A stretch of DNA of 64,000 nucleotides from a virus (Duplodnaviria; Caudoviricetes), in the IMG/VR virus record IMGVR_UViG_3300037721_000031, positions 32,001 through 96,000 of that record. One strand, given 5' to 3'. The position numbers and the translations under genes were made by a program. The first letter of the stretch is position 1. Each line of letters begins with the position of its first letter. The notes beneath the pieces are model-generated. The model was not told where the DNA came from. It saw nothing but the letters and a program-made list of their open reading frames with translations, and made no database searches. Positions 9,430-18,842 of the stretch are shown here, piece by piece.

Positions 9430-9437
9430 GTAATATA
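9430..9437 (-). promoter_or_regulatory. phiKZ-type early promoter motif TATATTAC upstream of phuZ
   Basis: Minus strand reads ctatatattacaatcc about 70 nt upstream of the phuZ ATG; matches the published phiKZ early consensus. Confidence 0.5.
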
Positions 9438-9480
9438 TAGTTGAAACATAATAGATTACGATATTTAAACAGGAATAAAA

Positions 9481-10284
9481 ATGAACCCTATCGCGATGGC
9501 GTTGAACCATATAAAATTCACGATACCTCGAGAAATCCTGGATACTGTCTTTATTGAAAGAAACCGTTTTCTTCGACAAGTACCAATGACTGTTGATGCC
9601 CACATCACAAATGAAGTTATCAGAGCACGCATTCTTCCTGAACTTAATCTGGTTGGTGGTGCTGAAATATTTGTAGCATTACAGGGAATAATGCCAGAGC
9701 GGATTAATCAATACACGTCAGTCTATAAAATTCCGAAGAGCAGGACTGGTGGGCGTTCAATAATTAGTGTTCTAAATGTAACATTCTCAGATCCAACAGC
9801 TACCTCTAATTATGGTACAGCAACGGGTTGTCAAAGTACTGAAATGCTGACTACTGCGCAAGCAATGGTTGACGCAATGGGTACAATTCCAATTACATCT
9901 ACTTCACATGTTCAGTTAGTTGGTGAGAATACAGTAATGGTTAGAGATACAGTACTTTTACCAGCCAACATATATTTGCGTTGTGTTGTCGAGAATGATT
10001 CTAATCTTAGTCATCTACAAGCTCGTAGTTATCCGGCATTTTTTAAGCTAGTAGAATTTGCTGTAAAAGCTTTTATTTATAATAATCACATCATTCAGAT
10101 GGATGTTGGTGAGCTTTACGGTGGTCACAATTTAGGCAGGTTCAAAGAAGTCGTTGATAGCTACTCTGATGCTGAGGAAATGTACCAAACTCACATGAGA
10201 GAAGTAATGGCTAAGGTAATGATGATGAACGATACAGAGTCTATAACCCGACACATTAGAATGCTTGTGGGCGGGCGTAGATAA
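9481..10284 (+). CDS. Conserved phiKZ-like virion structural protein
   Basis: 267 aa (MNPIAMALNHIKFTIPREIL...KAFIYN), divergent from phuZ as in related phages; AGGA RBS. Confidence 0.6.
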   Translation: MNPIAMALNHIKFTIPREILDTVFIERNRFLRQVPMTVDAHITNEVIRARILPELNLVGGAEIFVALQGIMPERINQYTSVYKIPKSRTGGRSIISVLNVTFSDPTATSNYGTATGCQSTEMLTTAQAMVDAMGTIPITSTSHVQLVGENTVMVRDTVLLPANIYLRCVVENDSNLSHLQARSYPAFFKLVEFAVKAFIYNNHIIQMDVGELYGGHNLGRFKEVVDSYSDAEEMYQTHMREVMAKVMMMNDTESITRHIRMLVGGRR

Positions 10285-10293
10285 TTATAAATT

Positions 10294-10349
10294 GACATAT
10301 GAGAGCTATAAGCTATTCAATAAAGAATAGCTTATAGCCTTTTATGCCG
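10294..10349. terminator. GGCATAA-family palindrome between convergent genes
   Basis: gacata...gctataagctattc-aataaa-gaatagcttatagc-cttttatgccg. Confidence 0.75.
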
Positions 10350-10371
10350 TACAATTATTTTATAAACTCAT

Positions 10372-11490
10372 TCAGAAGTCTACATCAAACACTTTACCAG
10401 TATCGGTACGCTGCATTACGTTTACCTTGTACTGCCCATTTTGCTGTTCTTGAGGAGCAGCTTGTGTCTTAGAGATATCAATCCACTTTTCCATAAATGG
10501 GAGAGGATTACTCTTAGGCATTTCAAAATCAGAGTCGGGTTGAATCTCTAAGATATCGTAAACATCACCGGCTGAGTAGATGGTCCACTTATCCAACATC
10601 TTACCGTTAAGACCAGCTAATGGTTCTGTATCGAGATCCAGACCCTTATTCCATACAAGCTCAGACATCACTACTTCTTTGATTAATTTCTTAACCAACG
10701 GAAGAGTCTCCTGTCTTGCAATCGCACCCATTGAAGTTTGATGTTCATTAGCGAGTACTAGTCTACCTAGCTCCACATGTACTTCAAACTCGTCTTGGCA
10801 GATTTTTTGTACAGTTTTAGCAATAGGAACAAACGCACCTGCCGAACCAATAGCAAACGTTACTGCGAACGAACTCATAAACTGAATACGTTCCATCACC
10901 AACATTGCCACGACAAGCATGTAAATTGCATTATACGTACTTTGGTCAGCTTGACGCAACCCTAATGCATACTCGTGACTAACTTTGTAAGTGTGAGCCA
11001 TAACCTCAGAGACTATAGTCAGTCTCTGCATTGCTTCCTTAACCTTGAGTACTTCATCAAGTACCTTGTGTGGGTCATCAAAGCTATAACGAACAATCTC
11101 AGAATATGCTGATGCGTGTACAATCTCATTATCTGTGATTCTACCGTACGCTGCTTGTAATTCAGGAGAGCTAATGAATGGAGCCATAATTGGCAACAGT
11201 GTACGCGCTGCAACTGAGTCAGCTTCCCACTGCCATGCCAGGGTCTTAATCATTCTTTCCGAAATAGACTTAGGACGAGTCTTGAATTCGGTATTACACG
11301 TCTTGAAGTCCATTGTGAACTCTTGTTCATCCCAATCCAAAGACTTCATGTTCTTATAGTTTTCCCAAATCTTAGGAAATCTACGATTCACTGTATCAAA
11401 CAAGCCGGCTTGCTGACCAAGAAACAAACTAGTGTGCCCACTAACAGCATAGTCTGTTTTATCAGTATTGAAAATATTCTTATCAATCAT
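10372..11490 (-). CDS. nrdB: Class Ia ribonucleotide reductase beta subunit
   Basis: Diiron/radical motifs WEADS, NEIVHASAY (radical Tyr), MERIQF and DEFEVH; adjacent to nrdA. Confidence 0.93.
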   Translation of the reverse strand: MIDKNIFNTDKTDYAVSGHTSLFLGQQAGLFDTVNRRFPKIWENYKNMKSLDWDEQEFTMDFKTCNTEFKTRPKSISERMIKTLAWQWEADSVAARTLLPIMAPFISSPELQAAYGRITDNEIVHASAYSEIVRYSFDDPHKVLDEVLKVKEAMQRLTIVSEVMAHTYKVSHEYALGLRQADQSTYNAIYMLVVAMLVMERIQFMSSFAVTFAIGSAGAFVPIAKTVQKICQDEFEVHVELGRLVLANEHQTSMGAIARQETLPLVKKLIKEVVMSELVWNKGLDLDTEPLAGLNGKMLDKWTIYSAGDVYDILEIQPDSDFEMPKSNPLPFMEKWIDISKTQAAPQEQQNGQYKVNVMQRTDTGKVFDVDF

Positions 11491-11521
11491 GTTACTTTCT
11501 TTTTCAGATATAGTTACAATC

Positions 11522-11555
11522 AGGACTAGGGGAATGTTCCCCTAGTCCTTTATGT
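11522..11555. terminator. Hairpin between nrdA and nrdB, family variant
   Basis: aggactagggga-atgt-tcccctagtcct followed by ttatgt. Confidence 0.6.
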
Positions 11556-11562
11556 AAGCGTA

Positions 11563-14142
11563 TTATAAAGAACAAGCCCCGGAATCGCAACCGGCGCTTG
11601 AACCAGCTGTGTTTTCTGACTCCACATAGATAACGTTACTATTTTCAAGCGATGCAGTATCGCTATTAATCATAGCTTCGTCAGAATGAATATTTCCACC
11701 ACTTGCTTCTACTTTAGCAAGAGTATCGAAATGAACTGTTGCATCAGTTTTCTTCAACACTACCTTCTTAGCTGACTTTACATTCATGTAGTATTGTGAT
11801 TTCATTCCTACACGAACCATATGGAAGAAGTTCTCAAGCATTTCATCAGTAGTCACCTTCTCAGCGCCACGAATATGTCTATACAAGTCTGCTGAAATCG
11901 ATTGATCTGTAAATCCTTGAATAATACCATAGATGTCAATTAGATCTTTAGTTGGTACATCCCAAGCTAATTCATAATTTAGCTTATCGCCATCTGGTGC
12001 TGCCCAATACGTAATGATATTATTATCACTTTTATTAAGAGTAATGTCCCTTACTGGATAAAGGCAATTTGTTGCAGCTGCGGCTTTCGACGAGGTCTCA
12101 CCAGGCATGTATGCTACAACAAAAGAATTACGAATTCCTTTATTCTCTACAATTTCAGCACGTAATTGTTCCCAGTCATACTGAAGCTCGACATTAGGTA
12201 CGATCTTTTCAACAACGTACTGATTACGTGTATCGATAGGTAACCAACCTTCGACCCACTTAGTACGATGGATCCATGGAGCATTACCGAGCTCCCGACC
12301 TAATTGAAGAGATGCCTTAATGCAGTGATAGCTGTGTCGTTCAGCAACACGATGGATTTCTTCTTTACCTTCTTGACTAGAATACTTCAAGTTTTTCTTA
12401 GCCATGTAGTGTGCCAAACTCATAATGCCTACACCAGCAGACATTCTATTTTTAGCTGTATATCCGATATGTGGTAGTGTGTACTCTGATTTATGAATAC
12501 ACTTATCAATCATGAGGAGAGTGTAGTATGCGGCTTTTTCATACTGCTCGTCAGTATCGACATTAGAAATAATGATCGCACCTAAAGAGCACAATGCTAC
12601 TTCGGGTTCTTTCTTCAGGTTCAGTATTTTAACAACTTTTAAACCCATAAGACTGAGCGAGGGTACGTCGCAAAGATCGCCGATTTGTAACTGCTGTGCA
12701 GCAACGTACTTATACTTACCAGAATACAAACGAACGACACGTGGTGCATCCAGTCGACGGATAATCTCATATTGGTCGATAAATTCAATATATCCCACAG
12801 ATTGCTTAGAATACAAGTCTTCCATTGACTCATACGGTTCGGTGGATTCTACGATTTCGACACATAAGTTCGAACTAAAAATAGGGTCTTTAGCCGGAGT
12901 GTGTCTATTAATCTCATCAATAAACGTTAAATAAGCACGGCCAGTCTCAAACGTCTCATTTCTATTTGCCAGAACTACTTCACGAGCAGAAATGTACTTC
13001 TTCTTAAACTCTGGATCATTCTCATACTTAGAGTAAAGATATTCAAAAGTCTTTGGATCCGAATCAAACATTGAATAATAAAGATCTGGTGCAGTATGTG
13101 AATTAAACTGCATAATTGGTTCATCCAGAGCAGCTTTACGCGCTAGTAGCTTATTCGCATGCATAGTGTAATCCATGTCGCGAATTTGCTTCTCTGTCGG
13201 TGTCATTGGATTCTTTAAAGCTTGCAGAGTCTCTACTTCTGGATCAAATGCACTAAAGAAAGAGTTACATGCACCAGCTCTACCATTTTGCATGTTAGCG
13301 CGTACAGCGCCATTCATAGCACGCAAGTATGGGAGCTTTCCTTGATGTATGATCATACCACCACGAATGGAATCACCTACAGAGCGTGTATGTAAGATAT
13401 TACCAATACCGGCTGACTGTACAGTCATCTTGTATGCAATGTGATCACCAACACCTAATGAGCTAGCTGTGTCCGATGATGCGTATAAACAACATGACGC
13501 ATAACCGTTTAACGGAGTGCCTAGATTAGTATAGTTCGGTGTAGGTGCACTAATAATGTTCTTGGAAAGAAGATTATAAAACTCTTTCACGTCATTCATG
13601 CGACGATCACGAGGCTGATCCTCAGACAGAGCCATAGCCATCCGCATAAACACAAATTGAGTAGACTCAAATTCGTGACCCCCTAGACGATCACGCAAGG
13701 CATACTTAAACCGGATATGGTAATGTTGAAAATGAGCATATTCAAAATCACGTGTGTGTTGAATAATATCTTCAGCGATAGCATATTCAGAATCATCATA
13801 GTCGAGATTAACCATGAGCCCTGCTTTATTAGATGCTTTAAAACAGTTCTTTACAGTTGGAACACCTTGTGGATAAATTTCTTTATACATAATGGCAGCA
13901 TAAAGTCTACCAGCCATTCTGTTATAAGACCATGTGTCACGATCAAGACATTCTCTGATCAATGCATACTGAAGATCAGAACTACTGCAAGCTTCAGGTA
14001 ACGACCCTACAGCGTTCAGCACAACACCAGACCAATCCACATAGTCACTTAATGACTCAGCGGCCCAGATACCCCATCCATTGACTTTAGTGGCATTAAA
14101 TGGCTCACGTGAACCATCACGCTTAATAATTTCGTTGATCAA
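11563..14142 (-). CDS. nrdA: Class Ia ribonucleotide reductase alpha subunit with ATP-cone and an internal insertion
   Basis: N-terminal IIKRDGSREPF ATP-cone, ASCCL, SSNLCVEI, ALCSL, MPGETSS, KSQYY and C-terminal CDSGACSL shuttle cysteines; TTG start after AGAGGT. Confidence 0.95.
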   Translation of the reverse strand: MINEIIKRDGSREPFNATKVNGWGIWAAESLSDYVDWSGVVLNAVGSLPEACSSSDLQYALIRECLDRDTWSYNRMAGRLYAAIMYKEIYPQGVPTVKNCFKASNKAGLMVNLDYDDSEYAIAEDIIQHTRDFEYAHFQHYHIRFKYALRDRLGGHEFESTQFVFMRMAMALSEDQPRDRRMNDVKEFYNLLSKNIISAPTPNYTNLGTPLNGYASCCLYASSDTASSLGVGDHIAYKMTVQSAGIGNILHTRSVGDSIRGGMIIHQGKLPYLRAMNGAVRANMQNGRAGACNSFFSAFDPEVETLQALKNPMTPTEKQIRDMDYTMHANKLLARKAALDEPIMQFNSHTAPDLYYSMFDSDPKTFEYLYSKYENDPEFKKKYISAREVVLANRNETFETGRAYLTFIDEINRHTPAKDPIFSSNLCVEIVESTEPYESMEDLYSKQSVGYIEFIDQYEIIRRLDAPRVVRLYSGKYKYVAAQQLQIGDLCDVPSLSLMGLKVVKILNLKKEPEVALCSLGAIIISNVDTDEQYEKAAYYTLLMIDKCIHKSEYTLPHIGYTAKNRMSAGVGIMSLAHYMAKKNLKYSSQEGKEEIHRVAERHSYHCIKASLQLGRELGNAPWIHRTKWVEGWLPIDTRNQYVVEKIVPNVELQYDWEQLRAEIVENKGIRNSFVVAYMPGETSSKAAAATNCLYPVRDITLNKSDNNIITYWAAPDGDKLNYELAWDVPTKDLIDIYGIIQGFTDQSISADLYRHIRGAEKVTTDEMLENFFHMVRVGMKSQYYMNVKSAKKVVLKKTDATVHFDTLAKVEASGGNIHSDEAMINSDTASLENSNVIYVESENTAGSSAGCDSGACSL

Positions 14143-14172
14143 TTGACACCTCTTGAAGAGATAAGATAGACC

Positions 14173-14216
14173 TTAATTCCTTATCGTTTTACTGACTGCA
14201 AATGATAAGGAATTAA
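14173..14216. promoter_or_regulatory. 13-bp inverted repeat upstream of nrdA
   Basis: ttaattccttatc-(18 nt)-gataaggaattaa. Confidence 0.4.
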
Positions 14217-14331
14217 AAATATAAGTAAATATTGATTATTGTTACAGAGTAATAGTTACTAGTTATTCTGTAAAGACTAACACATAAGGTACTTCCCAGT
14301 CATGAAAAAATACTTCAAGTTTTATGTAAAA

Positions 14332-14369
14332 CGGCATAAAACCCAAGAGAGTAAGTCCCCTGGGTTTTA
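14332..14369. terminator. Degenerate GGCATAA-family element
   Basis: cggcataaaaccca...tgggtttta; the right outer arm is not conserved. Confidence 0.45.
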
Positions 14370-14400
14370 CGTTACATATCTGACTCTACTAACTAGACAT

Positions 14401-14859
14401 TCAGTCCGACATAATGAAAGAGATATATCTCTTAGACTGTAAGTGTAAAAGTTCAAACTTCAGACACATGTCTTTTGTAGACGTTACTTGAGTCTCACAC
14501 CCTAAGTACTTAGTAGTAAAGCTCTTCAATATACCAGATCCTTGAATATGATCTTTCTTATTATACTCAAGAGGTAGACTCACTCTTTGTGTTAGTGAGC
14601 TGTCACTACTATGCAGTAGTTGCTCCAGAACATTACTAGGATTCTGGATATCTGGAGACTCTCCAGGAATACGCGTCATTAAATGCACATTTACAGTAGT
14701 ATTACTAGAACTCTTGTTAGAGATTCTAGCTACCAGACTCTTAGGAAGAGTCATGCAGTAAATAAGTGTTGCTAGACGTATAACTGGAGACTCAGTATGT
14801 TTATTACCATGAATAGTTAACATCCATGGGTCTAATATGTTATCTACATAGTTATTCAT
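14401..14859 (-). CDS. Hypothetical protein
   Basis: 152 aa; ATGA overlap with the upstream ORF. Confidence 0.55.
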   Translation of the reverse strand: MNNYVDNILDPWMLTIHGNKHTESPVIRLATLIYCMTLPKSLVARISNKSSSNTTVNVHLMTRIPGESPDIQNPSNVLEQLLHSSDSSLTQRVSLPLEYNKKDHIQGSGILKSFTTKYLGCETQVTSTKDMCLKFELLHLQSKRYISFIMSD

Positions 14860-15515
14860 AAAACACCATTAGATTGTTGTGCTTGAAAATCAAAGCATAA
14901 ACTTAAGTAATGACTACGGCTAGATTTATGACTGATATCCATACTTATAACTGGACCATTATCCATACTGATGTAGCTTTCTTGAATAACGATCTGATCT
15001 TTCATCTTCTTAATAAACTCTAGAACTTGACATGCTACAAAACCAAACATAAGGCCGTTATGCGTGACAGACCTTTGCATTAATACATCAGGGTTACCTG
15101 TCACGTATTCTAGTTCATTCATTAGTTTACTAACACCTGTATCAGCATTTTTACTATTTGCACCAAATGATGCTTTTCGGTTAGTCTCTACAGGTTGAAG
15201 AGAGATATTGCTACGTTGATCATCATCACTTACTAGAGAAAGTGATTCACTAATATGGTATCTAGCAGATCCTTCAGGATAATACTTAAAAGCATTATAT
15301 ATCATCTTGTCCGTACTATTTGTCTGGACATTCTTCATTAGCTCTCTAACTAAATCAATAAAGTCCCCCATCACTGCTGGATATTTTCTATGGAAATTCT
15401 TTTTAATGAAGCCTACCTCAGCGTTGGTGAATAAGAATTCATTAGTGGAAATCATCAGTGATGGTTTGTGTTGAGTCATGACTTTATCTTTTTCGATTTT
15501 AATGATGTGTAGCAA
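14856..15515 (-). CDS. Hypothetical protein (start may be the internal MTQH)
   Basis: 219-aa ORF, translationally coupled to the next gene. Confidence 0.55.
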   Translation of the reverse strand: MLHIIKIEKDKVMTQHKPSLMISTNEFLFTNAEVGFIKKNFHRKYPAVMGDFIDLVRELMKNVQTNSTDKMIYNAFKYYPEGSARYHISESLSLVSDDDQRSNISLQPVETNRKASFGANSKNADTGVSKLMNELEYVTGNPDVLMQRSVTHNGLMFGFVACQVLEFIKKMKDQIVIQESYISMDNGPVISMDISHKSSRSHYLSLCFDFQAQQSNGVL

Positions 15516-15557
15516 CTACTGCTGAAACATATTATCTTACAAACTAAGGACACAATA

Positions 15558-16175
15558 ATGGCATCCATCATTCGAAACGCTCTTGCTTCTATGGAAGGTA
15601 TGGAAGTAAAGCTGGAAATCACTCAAGCACCAGTTGTTAAAGAAGATGTGGTCGTTCCTAAAATGACCACTACAGTTGTTACTAACACTACTACTGTTGC
15701 AAAACCTGTAGACGATAAAGAAGAAGTAAAGATCGTTTTAGATGGTCCTTTATCAAGTATCTATTTTAAAGCCCTTAACATTGCCTATGCAAAACCAGAT
15801 CCAGTAACTGGAATGGTATCTACGGAATCGTTGGCACTTACGGACTACTACAGAGCTGCTGAGATTCAAAAGAAGTTAGCTAGTGAAGTCGTCACACACG
15901 AAGTGGAAGAAGCAGTTAGTTCTAATCCTAGCAGTACTGCACTAGTTGCCCCGATGACTAAGGATGAAGTTATTCCTGTCGTTAAGGAACTTATTGATGT
16001 CAGTGGTGGAGCACCTACTGATTTTTGTATTGTATTTAACACCATGGCTCCAACTCATTACTCACCTATGGGTTCTTCTGATGGCGTGGAAGTTGTAGTT
16101 ATGGATCGTGCTCAACCAATTGCTTTTGAAGACATTGAAGGTGTAACGATTTTTGTAAAAATGAAAAAGAAGTAA
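15558..16175 (+). CDS. Hypothetical, possibly protease-processed head protein
   Basis: 205 aa; AAGGA RBS; N-terminal ALASMEG and internal VSTES resemble (S/A/G)-X-E cleavage sites. Confidence 0.6.
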   Translation: MASIIRNALASMEGMEVKLEITQAPVVKEDVVVPKMTTTVVTNTTTVAKPVDDKEEVKIVLDGPLSSIYFKALNIAYAKPDPVTGMVSTESLALTDYYRAAEIQKKLASEVVTHEVEEAVSSNPSSTALVAPMTKDEVIPVVKELIDVSGGAPTDFCIVFNTMAPTHYSPMGSSDGVEVVVMDRAQPIAFEDIEGVTIFVKMKKK

Positions 16176-16181
16176 CGAATA

Positions 16182-16224
16182 GACATAAACAGACAGTTTC
16201 ATAGCGAAACTGTCTGTTTATGTC
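16182..16224. terminator. GGCATAA-family palindrome
   Basis: 19-bp stem gacataaacagacagtttc-atagc-gaaactgtctgtttatgtc. Confidence 0.8.
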
Positions 16225-17029
16225 GTCATTTAGACAAAGTTTTATTAATAAGATATATGCTTATAGTTTAAAAAATACATCAATACTAATGATTTGAACC
16301 ACCGTAAGAGGAGAATAGGGCGGGGGTTTGGGGGTGGGTTAAGAGGAGTTTCCTCTTATTATAGGGCGGGCGTAGCGACGACCTCTAATAGAGTAGTGGT
16401 GTTATACTTTTCTTACAGCCATAAACCATTCCACTATCCCAGGGTCAACAGGCCCTGGGGAATAGGTAATGATGGTTTTAATTAAAACATATATAAACGC
16501 GCGCGAGCGTGCGCATGTGTGATGTTATATAGTGAATAAATGAAATGATTTAAAAGAGTTATGAGCTATTTGTTTTAATAAGAGTATGAACTCTACCATA
16601 CATTGAAACAAATCTAACATGGATAAGTTTGAAAGGTTTTAGAGACATTATTAGTAGATATTTTAGAGAGCTATAACTAGAATATTCTTTACTACAGTAA
16701 CAACCAATACTCCTACTCTAAAAAAAGAAATTTTAAAACAATTCTTATTTTACTTTTTACACTACGTGTAGTAATATGAGTATGTCAATTTAATAAGATG
16801 TAAGTTAATCTAAAAATAAGAAAAAAGTATACAGTCTTAAATCTTAGTGATGATTATGATAATTTAAAAGATATACAAAGTGATCTATAAACGTTTACAT
16901 TCTTTATAGCGGGAATACTACTATCTAATGAAATTAAACGTTTGTAGATGATTCTGAAAAGATTTAGAACTATGTTCGACGTCTATTAGATTTGTATAGA
17001 TTATTTTTTACGATAAAAGGAATCTGGAA
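16225..17029. other. Long non-coding locus with a G-quadruplex motif, hairpins, a Z-DNA-prone tract and an AT-rich stretch (candidate origin or packaging site)
   Basis: GGG C GGGGG TTT GGGGG T GGG at 16318-16338; hairpin taagagga-gtt-tcctctta; cccaggg/ccctggg stem; acgcgcgcg-a-gcgtgcgcatgtgtg at 16497-16521; line 16801-16860 has 12 G+C in 60 nt. Confidence 0.45.
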
Positions 17030-18274
17030 ATGAGTAGCATGATAAAAGAAATATTTGATAAACTAGTTGGAGCTTCGTTACCAATTGATTCTTATATGGT
17101 AAAACAAGTACACCGTTATCAAACTGATTTTGTTAACAAAAATAAAGATCACACCGAGTTCTTTGGTGGGAACTTGACAGGTGTACACATTACCAGGTTT
17201 ACAGACTCTGATAAGTCTAAGTGGTTTGAAGATGTATTAGATAATGCAGACTCTGAGGAACTTAGAGAGAAGTTACATACAGTCCCAGCATTGCAGAATG
17301 AAAAAGGTGTGTTTATCATATCTGGTGATGTAATGAATTTATCCTGCATGTGGCTGTTACATAAGTTTCACAATGCTTCAAACATTCCTTTAGATCATAG
17401 ACGAAATGCGATGATCGATGTAATGTTAGCAATGCAATTCAAGATGTTGACATCGTTATTATTTCACTACTTTAGATATCCTGCTGATAGAGCTGTAGCC
17501 GAGGCTACTTATGCAATGCTTACAAATAAGTACTCATTGAAGGTATATGGGTCTTGGATCGGAGTATTGCGTTCTAGGTGTGAAGATGTAATATCAAATA
17601 CATCTATCCACTTTGACACTATTAGTAAAATGGATAACGATGTTGGTGTTGTTAGAGCTATTAATGATATTCAAGGTAGACTACGTGATATGTTGAAAAA
17701 CATTTACGGTGTATTCTTGCAGGCTCACCACTCAGGTGCTAAAGTAAGCGCTACTTCGTCTGTGATTGAACACGATGGAGTGGAGATACTTAAAGATACT
17801 AGTAAATCACAAACCACTTATATTCGATATATTAAATCCATAATTGGAGATAGTAACTCATTTATACGTGAAGAATTACTGAGAGTAGTGGCTAACATCA
17901 TGCCATCGGCACCACCTAAGCATCTGAGAACAACTCTTGAATTTTTATCAAGAAATTACTTGAAAGCTCAATCTGATGAGGTAATTAAATTACTTGATAA
18001 TACTCTTATCCATAGCTTCACATATCTGGCTGAGAATCGTGCAACAATGCGTTCAGGTATTGACTTACCGTCATTACTAACACGTCTTAGAGGTGTATAC
18101 ACCTCTTCACGTTCTACTGATCCTGATCTGTTAGAGTTAAGAAAGATAGTAGAAGATATTACAAGAACTGCGATTGATGTAAAGACTGAAGCAGTAATAG
18201 CTTCCGTACGTACCGCAGTGTTATTGTACATCATAGCCAGAACATACACTATGCGACATTATCTAACTAATTAA
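17030..18274 (+). CDS. Conserved virion structural protein, phiKZ gp32-like
   Basis: 414 aa with FFGGNLTGVH..RFT and LTSLLFHYFRYP motifs; position next to the terminase. Confidence 0.65.
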   Translation: MSSMIKEIFDKLVGASLPIDSYMVKQVHRYQTDFVNKNKDHTEFFGGNLTGVHITRFTDSDKSKWFEDVLDNADSEELREKLHTVPALQNEKGVFIISGDVMNLSCMWLLHKFHNASNIPLDHRRNAMIDVMLAMQFKMLTSLLFHYFRYPADRAVAEATYAMLTNKYSLKVYGSWIGVLRSRCEDVISNTSIHFDTISKMDNDVGVVRAINDIQGRLRDMLKNIYGVFLQAHHSGAKVSATSSVIEHDGVEILKDTSKSQTTYIRYIKSIIGDSNSFIREELLRVVANIMPSAPPKHLRTTLEFLSRNYLKAQSDEVIKLLDNTLIHSFTYLAENRATMRSGIDLPSLLTRLRGVYTSSRSTDPDLLELRKIVEDITRTAIDVKTEAVIASVRTAVLLYIIARTYTMRHYLTN

Positions 18275-18291
18275 AACTAAGGTTAACTATT

Positions 18292-18702
18292 GTGGTGCGG
18301 TTTATTTATCAACTACTGAAATTATTTCTTCGTTTAATTTCAGTGCTCTGTAAACAGGTACTAGGGCCTTATACATTTACAGATATTTCATTAAATTGTC
18401 CAGCAGTGACAATGACTATTACTACAATTGATGGAATAATTACCACAATTCATTGTAAGGAACGAAGATATTTACGAAGATACGCAAACTGGTATGTTAG
18501 AGATCGTACTGTAAGTACTTACACCGTATACGCGACAGTGTGTGGTGATGTATCTGAAAATTATAATAGAGCTTGTAATACAGTACACTCGTTTCCTAAA
18601 CTACTTCATCCGTGGATGTCAGCAGATAACCATAGAGAGGCGGTTGTCGAAGCATACATCGATATACTGTTATGTAGTTTGCGTGTAACTAATGACACGT
18701 AA
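18292..18702 (+). CDS. Hypothetical protein
   Basis: 136 aa, GTG start, fills the gap before the terminase. Confidence 0.45.
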   Translation: MVRFIYQLLKLFLRLISVLCKQVLGPYTFTDISLNCPAVTMTITTIDGIITTIHCKERRYLRRYANWYVRDRTVSTYTVYATVCGDVSENYNRACNTVHSFPKLLHPWMSADNHREAVVEAYIDILLCSLRVTNDT

Positions 18703-18745
18703 TGTATTCTACCTTTCATAACTACATCAGTTACGTTTATTAAAT

Positions 18746-18800
18746 ATAACGATCAATATGTCATGAGCTATAATGCTTAGACATATTGATCGTTATGCCG
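18746..18800. terminator. Palindrome, family variant
   Basis: taacgatcaatatgtc-(17 nt)-gacatattgatcgtta followed by tgccg. Confidence 0.6.
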
Positions 18801-18842
18801 AACCATAGTTGGTTCGTCTATAGAAAAAAGAGAGTAAAATAA

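Noticed and set aside
12604-12807. Active intein in NrdA
   Set aside because: No N-terminal Cys/Ser block A and no terminal His-Asn plus nucleophile; kept only as a possible relic
16294-16485. 63-aa plus-strand ORF across the G-rich tract (RRRIGRGFGGGLRG)
   Set aside because: TTG start without an RBS; the composition simply reflects the G-runs; better explained as non-coding structure
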